Source: Tubiluchus corallicola (Eukaryota > Animalia > Priapulida). Taken from it: a stretch of 21,624 bases of DNA. Each line of letters begins with the position of its first letter. Within the stretch, counting starts at the first letter, position 1. The notes below the pieces were generated by a model, which saw only the letters and a list, made by a program, of their open reading frames with translations, searched no databases and was not told the origin of the DNA. Shown piece by piece: positions 18,690-21,624 of the stretch. A program made the position numbers and the translations under genes. The DNA lies in the NCBI GenBank assembly GCA_030141605.1, contig JAQGDQ010002478.1, forward strand, positions 1 through 21,624, in the 5' to 3' direction.

Positions 18690-18749
18690 TAGTTGTATTT
18701 TTTTAGTGTTGATTTTTTAATGCAGGCTATTGAGAAACATAAATAGAAA

Positions 18750-21527
18750 GTGCCAATGAAAAGAAAGAATCTTAATGTACTGTTTATAGCGATAACAGTT
18801 TTGGGTATGCTGGTGGTATGGCTGTTTTTTAGCCGCGAGTCAAAGTATTTAGAGACATCTGCTTTCAGAGCCGTTCACGTTGATTCTCCTCTGTTTGCAG
18901 AGATATTGGATATTTGCTCATTTTCATCGGAGATAGCTGAAAGCCCAATGTGGGAAGAGTTGTCATCCTTACCTGGATTGGGCGAGGTGTATTCTAATGT
19001 GAAACTAATTGATTCACTTATTTCTGTCAATGGCAGCATAGAAAAAATATTAAGGAAAAAGTCTTTGACGCTATCTGTTGGAGTTGAAGGGGAAAAAGAT
19101 TTTAGCGTGTTGTATATATTGGAGCTGGATGGTATTTCTGAGAGAGGTGATATAAAAACCTTTTTTGAAGAGATGTTTTCCGGGAATGATATAGCTGCGA
19201 GTAAGAGGGAGTATGAAAAGGCAACGATTTTTTCGTACGAGTGGACGGATGGTAATAGAAGAGAACATTTATCATATACAACTCATAAGGGGCTCTTGTT
19301 GTTCAGCAAAAGCCCTATAAGAGTTGATGAGGCCATAAGGCAATTAAACGCTAAGATGACGCTTTTTGATAATGAGAATTTTAATGTGGTGCATAAAACT
19401 GCCGGAGCAAAAGCTAACATAAATCTTTACCTGAACCATGAATCTTTTTCGCACCTTCTGTCGTTATGCGTGAATCGTTCGCGAGCCAAAAAGACAATGA
19501 ATTTTTCAAATTATGCTTCCTGGACAGAGATAGATGTTACTTTAAGGCCCAGGGAGGTGATGCTTAATGGGTTTACCTTTTCAAGCGGTTACTCCAATAG
19601 CTATATGAATGTTTTTTTATCCCAGACTCCCCGGAAGTTTACAATAGAGAGTGTATTGCCGGCAACAACATCATTTTTTTTGAGTTTAAATCTGAGTAAC
19701 CCGAAAATGTGGTTTGATTCGTATGATGCTTTTCTTGGAGAGGATAGAAAGTCATATAACTATGAAGAGAGGGTGAGCAGGTTTAAGAAGCATACCAAAA
19801 CAGACCCACGCGAGTTTATTATCGACAATGTGGATGGGGAGGTAGGTATCGCGTTTTGTCATGACAGTTCTATTAAGCATGGAGAGGGACGATTTTTTAT
19901 AGTAAAGACAAAGAGTGGGCAGAAGGCTGAGGAGTCGCTGAATGAGGTTTTGGAGAAAAGCAAGGATAAAAACATTGATAAATTAACAATTGATAAAGCA
20001 TCGTTTGATGTTTATAAGTTTCCTGTGCATAACTTTGGAGAGGTTGTTTTTGGTCCTATTTTTCATGCCGTATCTACAGAGTATGTGGCTTTTTGTAATA
20101 ATTATATGGTTTTTGGTGATTCATTCAATTCACTCTCCTATTTCATACGATCAAATGCACTATCGCATGAAGTTTTAGAAAATGATACAACTTATCGCAA
20201 GTTTAACAGGCAGTTTTCGCAAGCTTCTAATTTTTATTTATGGTGTGTTCCCGGCCACTCATTCTCTTTTTTGAAAGAGTTTCTTGATGATGGTGTAGTA
20301 AAACAGGTTGAGAAAAATATAGAGAGTCTTCGCAAAGTAGAGGCTGTGGGGTGGCAAATGGGAAAGGGCAAAGAGGGAGAAGGGATGGTATATAATAATG
20401 CGCTAATAAGATATAATCCCGACATGAGGGAGAAGCCACAGGCAGTGTGGAGAAGCCACCTTGGCAATCAAATTGAGTTTAAACCACAGTTTACAATAAA
20501 CCATAACGATCGTGCGAATCGTGAAGTGATGGTGCAAGATGCGGATTATAAGTTATATCTGATAAGTAAGATTGGTAAGGTTCAGTGGTCGCCCATTAAG
20601 CTTAATGAGCCCATATTAAGCAAGATATACCAGATAGATTATTATAAAAATGGAAAGCTTCAATATTTCTTTAATACACCTAATGCTCTGCATTTAATAG
20701 ATCGAAACGGGAATTATGTTGAGAATTATCCAATAAAGCTTAGAGAGAAGTCTACTAACGGAGTTGCTGTTTTTGATTATGACAATAGCAAGAATTATCG
20801 TTTTTGTGTTGCATGCAGTGATAAAAAGGTCTATATGTACGATAAAAGAGGCAAGTTACTGCCGGGATGGGGCTTTGGAAAGACAGAGCATACAGTGTCT
20901 CGTCCCATCCAGCATCACAGAGTAGGAAGTAAAGATTACATTGTATTTTTTGACCTTAACAGAACTTATATATTGGATAGAAAAGGAAATGAGAGAGTCA
21001 GAACAAAGGCAAGTTTTACCCACTCCATGAGTAATGATTTTACTTTCGAAAAAGGAAATGGTCCGGGAGCATCGAGGTTGGTAAAAACAGATAGTAAGGG
21101 AGATATTTATTTTCTCTATTTTGACGGCTCATTCGAAAAGAAAAAGATGCCAAAGTTTGGTTCTGGCCACTATTTCAGGTATGAAGATATTAATGCCGAT
21201 GGAGAGAGAGATCTTATCTATATTGATAAAGATATGTTATCTGTTTTTAGGCATAATGGGAAGAAGCTATATGACAAGAAGTTTAGTTCGCCTATTTCTT
21301 TACCGATGCAGGTATATACTTTCCCCGGTGTTAAGAGAAGGATTGGTGTTGTAAATAAGGAGGAGCAGCGTATCTACCTTTTTAGTAGTGACGGTTCACA
21401 GTATAAAGGTTTTCCGCTTGATGGCTGTTCGGAGTTTAGCATTGGCGACCTAGGGTCGAGGAGTCATCGCTTCAATCTTATTGTAGGCTCGTCCGATGGC
21501 TTCTTATACAATTATGCTGTAAAGTAG
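18750..21527 (+). CDS. 925-aa membrane-anchored protein, copy 2
   Basis: Identical translation to copy 1 except G35E and K51E; likely ATG start at 18756. Confidence 0.75.
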   Translation: MPMKRKNLNVLFIAITVLGMLVVWLFFSRESKYLETSAFRAVHVDSPLFAEILDICSFSSEIAESPMWEELSSLPGLGEVYSNVKLIDSLISVNGSIEKILRKKSLTLSVGVEGEKDFSVLYILELDGISERGDIKTFFEEMFSGNDIAASKREYEKATIFSYEWTDGNRREHLSYTTHKGLLLFSKSPIRVDEAIRQLNAKMTLFDNENFNVVHKTAGAKANINLYLNHESFSHLLSLCVNRSRAKKTMNFSNYASWTEIDVTLRPREVMLNGFTFSSGYSNSYMNVFLSQTPRKFTIESVLPATTSFFLSLNLSNPKMWFDSYDAFLGEDRKSYNYEERVSRFKKHTKTDPREFIIDNVDGEVGIAFCHDSSIKHGEGRFFIVKTKSGQKAEESLNEVLEKSKDKNIDKLTIDKASFDVYKFPVHNFGEVVFGPIFHAVSTEYVAFCNNYMVFGDSFNSLSYFIRSNALSHEVLENDTTYRKFNRQFSQASNFYLWCVPGHSFSFLKEFLDDGVVKQVEKNIESLRKVEAVGWQMGKGKEGEGMVYNNALIRYNPDMREKPQAVWRSHLGNQIEFKPQFTINHNDRANREVMVQDADYKLYLISKIGKVQWSPIKLNEPILSKIYQIDYYKNGKLQYFFNTPNALHLIDRNGNYVENYPIKLREKSTNGVAVFDYDNSKNYRFCVACSDKKVYMYDKRGKLLPGWGFGKTEHTVSRPIQHHRVGSKDYIVFFDLNRTYILDRKGNERVRTKASFTHSMSNDFTFEKGNGPGASRLVKTDSKGDIYFLYFDGSFEKKKMPKFGSGHYFRYEDINADGERDLIYIDKDMLSVFRHNGKKLYDKKFSSPISLPMQVYTFPGVKRRIGVVNKEEQRIYLFSSDGSQYKGFPLDGCSEFSIGDLGSRSHRFNLIVGSSDGFLYNYAVK

Positions 21528-21624
21528 GAGAAGGTCAATGGTTGCAGGCGCATGAGTACGCTATGCTTTAGTGCTAAAAGAAAAGCACTTTCAAGAAAAT
21601 ATTTCATATTTTTGAAGTTTGTTG

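Larger units (their letters stand above)
15741..21624 (+). repeat. Tandem duplication, unit ~2944-2946 bp (15741-18684; 18685 to window end)
   Basis: Identity starts at ATTTGTAGTTGTA (15741 and 18685) and continues to the last base of the window (21624 corresponds to 18678). Confidence 0.97.

Noticed and set aside
15804-21527. Diversity-generating retroelement template/variable repeat pair
   Set aside because: Whole-gene duplication with only two SNPs, no adenine-specific pattern and no reverse transcriptase.

Overview
AT-rich bacterial chromosomal segment, most likely Bacteroidota (inferred from several TAnnTTTG -7 promoter motifs, a long-form PurC, a TonB-dependent receptor and AT-rich start-codon contexts without Shine-Dalgarno sequences). 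Gene order: partial IS256-family copy (1-833), purC and phoH (-), mazG (+), an exported DUF6263-like protein (+), a complete IS256 copy with an 8-9 bp target duplication (6221-7558), a TonB-dependent receptor (-) preceded by a 117-aa ORF ending in PIPPPSI, an SDR oxidoreductase, a LysE translocator, a sensor-less receiver-histidine kinase hybrid, rdgB and a U32-family Fe-S protein. The window ends in a near-perfect ~2.95-kb tandem duplication of a 925-aa membrane-anchored protein gene. The strongest leads are the polyproline leader ORF upstream of the TonB receptor, the tandem duplication (all differences I found are at its 5' end, and the junction carries a promoter motif), and a terminator-like palindrome inside the IS. 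All comparisons were made by eye; no searches were run.
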